NCBI GenBank assembly: GCA_977862235.1
Contig: OZ374557.1
Span: forward strand, 2,976,001-3,040,000
Direction of reading: 5' to 3'
Length of the DNA: 64,000 nt
DNA from: Dudresnaya verticillata
Lineage: Eukaryota
The notes beneath the pieces are model-generated. The model ran no database searches. It had not been told where the DNA came from and saw nothing but the letters and a program-made list of their open reading frames with translations. Every line of letters starts with the position of its first letter. Position 1 is the stretch's first letter. Shown here one piece after another: positions 62,379 to 64,000 of the stretch. Position numbers and translations under genes: made by a program.

Positions 62379-62689
62379 GTCAAGGACGATGGTAGACGTG
62401 GAAGCACGGGAGGTAGACGCTTGAGCCGTAGCCAGCGGTAGAATACGCGCGTACGGAACGGGGAAGTCTGGAACAAGGCCGGCTTGCCCGGGCGTTTACT
62501 GTTACGTCTGGGACGGCTTACCTAAGAATAGTACGGCGGTGCGGCGGCGGCGGTGCGTGTGCGTAGCGCGGGAACTCGGGACACGTGTCGTCCCGAGGTG
62601 CGTCTGACAGATCACCCATCGCATGCAGCCGCATGCCTGACAGATCGCCGTACAACCCCCTGTGTGGGTGCTTACATGCACACGTGGAC

Positions 62690-62896
62690 GCGTGTGCCTT
62701 ACAGCCATCCGCGCGCGCATATTGTAGAGCGTGCGCCTTGGATCTAATCCGATACTTGTCCGATCCCGATCCCATCCGGATCGGGCCAGCAATGCGAATA
62801 CCCGCAGCCTTACAGGCGCGTATCTTACAGCTTAGGCGATCCGGATAGCCAATCTGGATACCGGATCCGGATCCCATCGGGATCCGTATTACAGTG
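62690..62896 (-). repeat. GATCC-rich repeat cluster ending in a possible CACTG terminus
   Basis: Dense ggatc/gatcc motifs and three cttacag copies. The minus strand starts cactgtaatacggatcc at 62896. Confidence 0.35.
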
Positions 62897-64000
62897 CCCC
62901 GGGGCGCCATGTCGGCGCATCACCGTACAGTGCCCGCGTGGCGTGCGGCGCGCAGTGTGCGCGCGCCAACGGCGGTGGTGAGCGCCGGTGGCGGTTTCTC
63001 CGTCGGTCGACGTATTTGGTCTGCCCGCTTTCAGCGAAAAAGGGCTCGCCTCCCCTTGCACCACACGACCCCCCTCCAAAACGCGAACACGACCCGACCA
63101 TCAACCTGCTGCGGCGCGTGCGCCCGTTGCGTTCCTGGCCACTTCCGCGCCTTGCGAGCGAGTCCCCGAGCCTTCGCGTATTGTTGGTGGTGCGCCCGCG
63201 CGTGCGTTCCGACCTCGGCTGTGCCGTAAGAACTTCGCTCTTGTTGCGCACTTGCGTCCATGCGACCGCGTTGACGCTGCCCCAACATTCCCGCCCGTGG
63301 CGTATAACGTTCTCCGTCGTTGAAGTCTATTGTATATCCCTCGCCTGGGGCGTCGCGACTTAATCGTCATCGACGTCGTTTGCCTTTGGAATCGCCCGTG
63401 GCGCAGCAGCTGAACGTCGTTGACGTGGGTTTCTTTTCCTCGCCTGAGGCGTTACAACAGTAATCTTCTTCGACGCACGCTTCTCGAAGCTTTCGCCAGT
63501 GGCGCAGAACACGAGTCGTTTTTGACTTTTGTGCAAGTATCGCCGTTGGCGCTAAGATATTCTCGTCGTTGACGTCATGCCGATGTTCAATGGCATGCAA
63601 GTGGCAGCGCCTTCGGCCGCGCCGGTGTACGCTTCGCCGGTCTACGTCGTCGGAAAGAACCCTCGCGATAATGCGCATTTCTTCGCGTGGGCCCCCTGGT
63701 TTGACCAGGAGGCTTTGCGCGAAGAAGATTTGGTCGCCCATTACGCTAGTAGCGGTTTCTTGCCGGGAGGCCTGCCCCTCGGCGTCGTCTGGACGTTGGA
63801 GTGGAAGTTACGTTGTGCCATCCCTGCGGAGTGGCTTTGGGTGCGAGCGAGACAGTCGGGTGCGGACATCCACGCGCAGTTCGTCTCAGACGTATATCGT
63901 CGCTTCACGCGTTATCCGGGGTCGACGTTAACGCCGCCCCTGTTCAACTATGATGCGGGACAATACCGCACAGCCGGCGAAGCCGAATATGGTGCTCGTC

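Noticed and set aside
62900..64000. Protein-coding gene at the right edge
   Set aside because: Only short overlapping ORFs without recognisable motifs; cannot be supported.

Overview
Eukaryotic, transposon-saturated 64 kb with no recognisable intact host gene. The TE repertoire and composition suggest a red-algal (Florideophyceae-like) genome, which is my inference. From left to right: (1) the right ~12.5 kb of a probable very large CACTA/EnSpm-like DNA transposon, with a decayed transposase at <1-2350, several cargo ORFs and a CACTA terminus at 12458; (2) a stack of LTR remnants; (3) a co-oriented decayed gene block encoding a Ulp1/C48-like protease, unknown proteins and a Upf1/DNA2-like SF1 helicase; (4) a Ty3/Gypsy pol fragment; (5) a truncated piggyBac-like transposase with a YqaJ/lambda-exonuclease domain just before its last catalytic Asp motif; (6) an APE-RT LINE; (7) a truncated Gypsy; (8) a two-LTR chromodomain Gypsy (40441-49900) with a ~710-codon antisense extra ORF; (9) a two-LTR Ty1/Copia with ATCTA TSD (50680-57835); (10) a two-gene PIF/Harbinger (58022-60697); (11) another Gypsy pol fragment. 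The region is heavily rearranged, with several inverted duplications and elements with mismatched flanks. Best novelty candidates: the piggyBac-YqaJ fusion, the multi-gene CACTA cargo, the helicase+Ulp1 block, and an uncharacterised Trp-rich domain that seems shared between the Gypsy antisense ORF and the CACTA cargo. All family calls come from motif recognition by eye; no searches were run.
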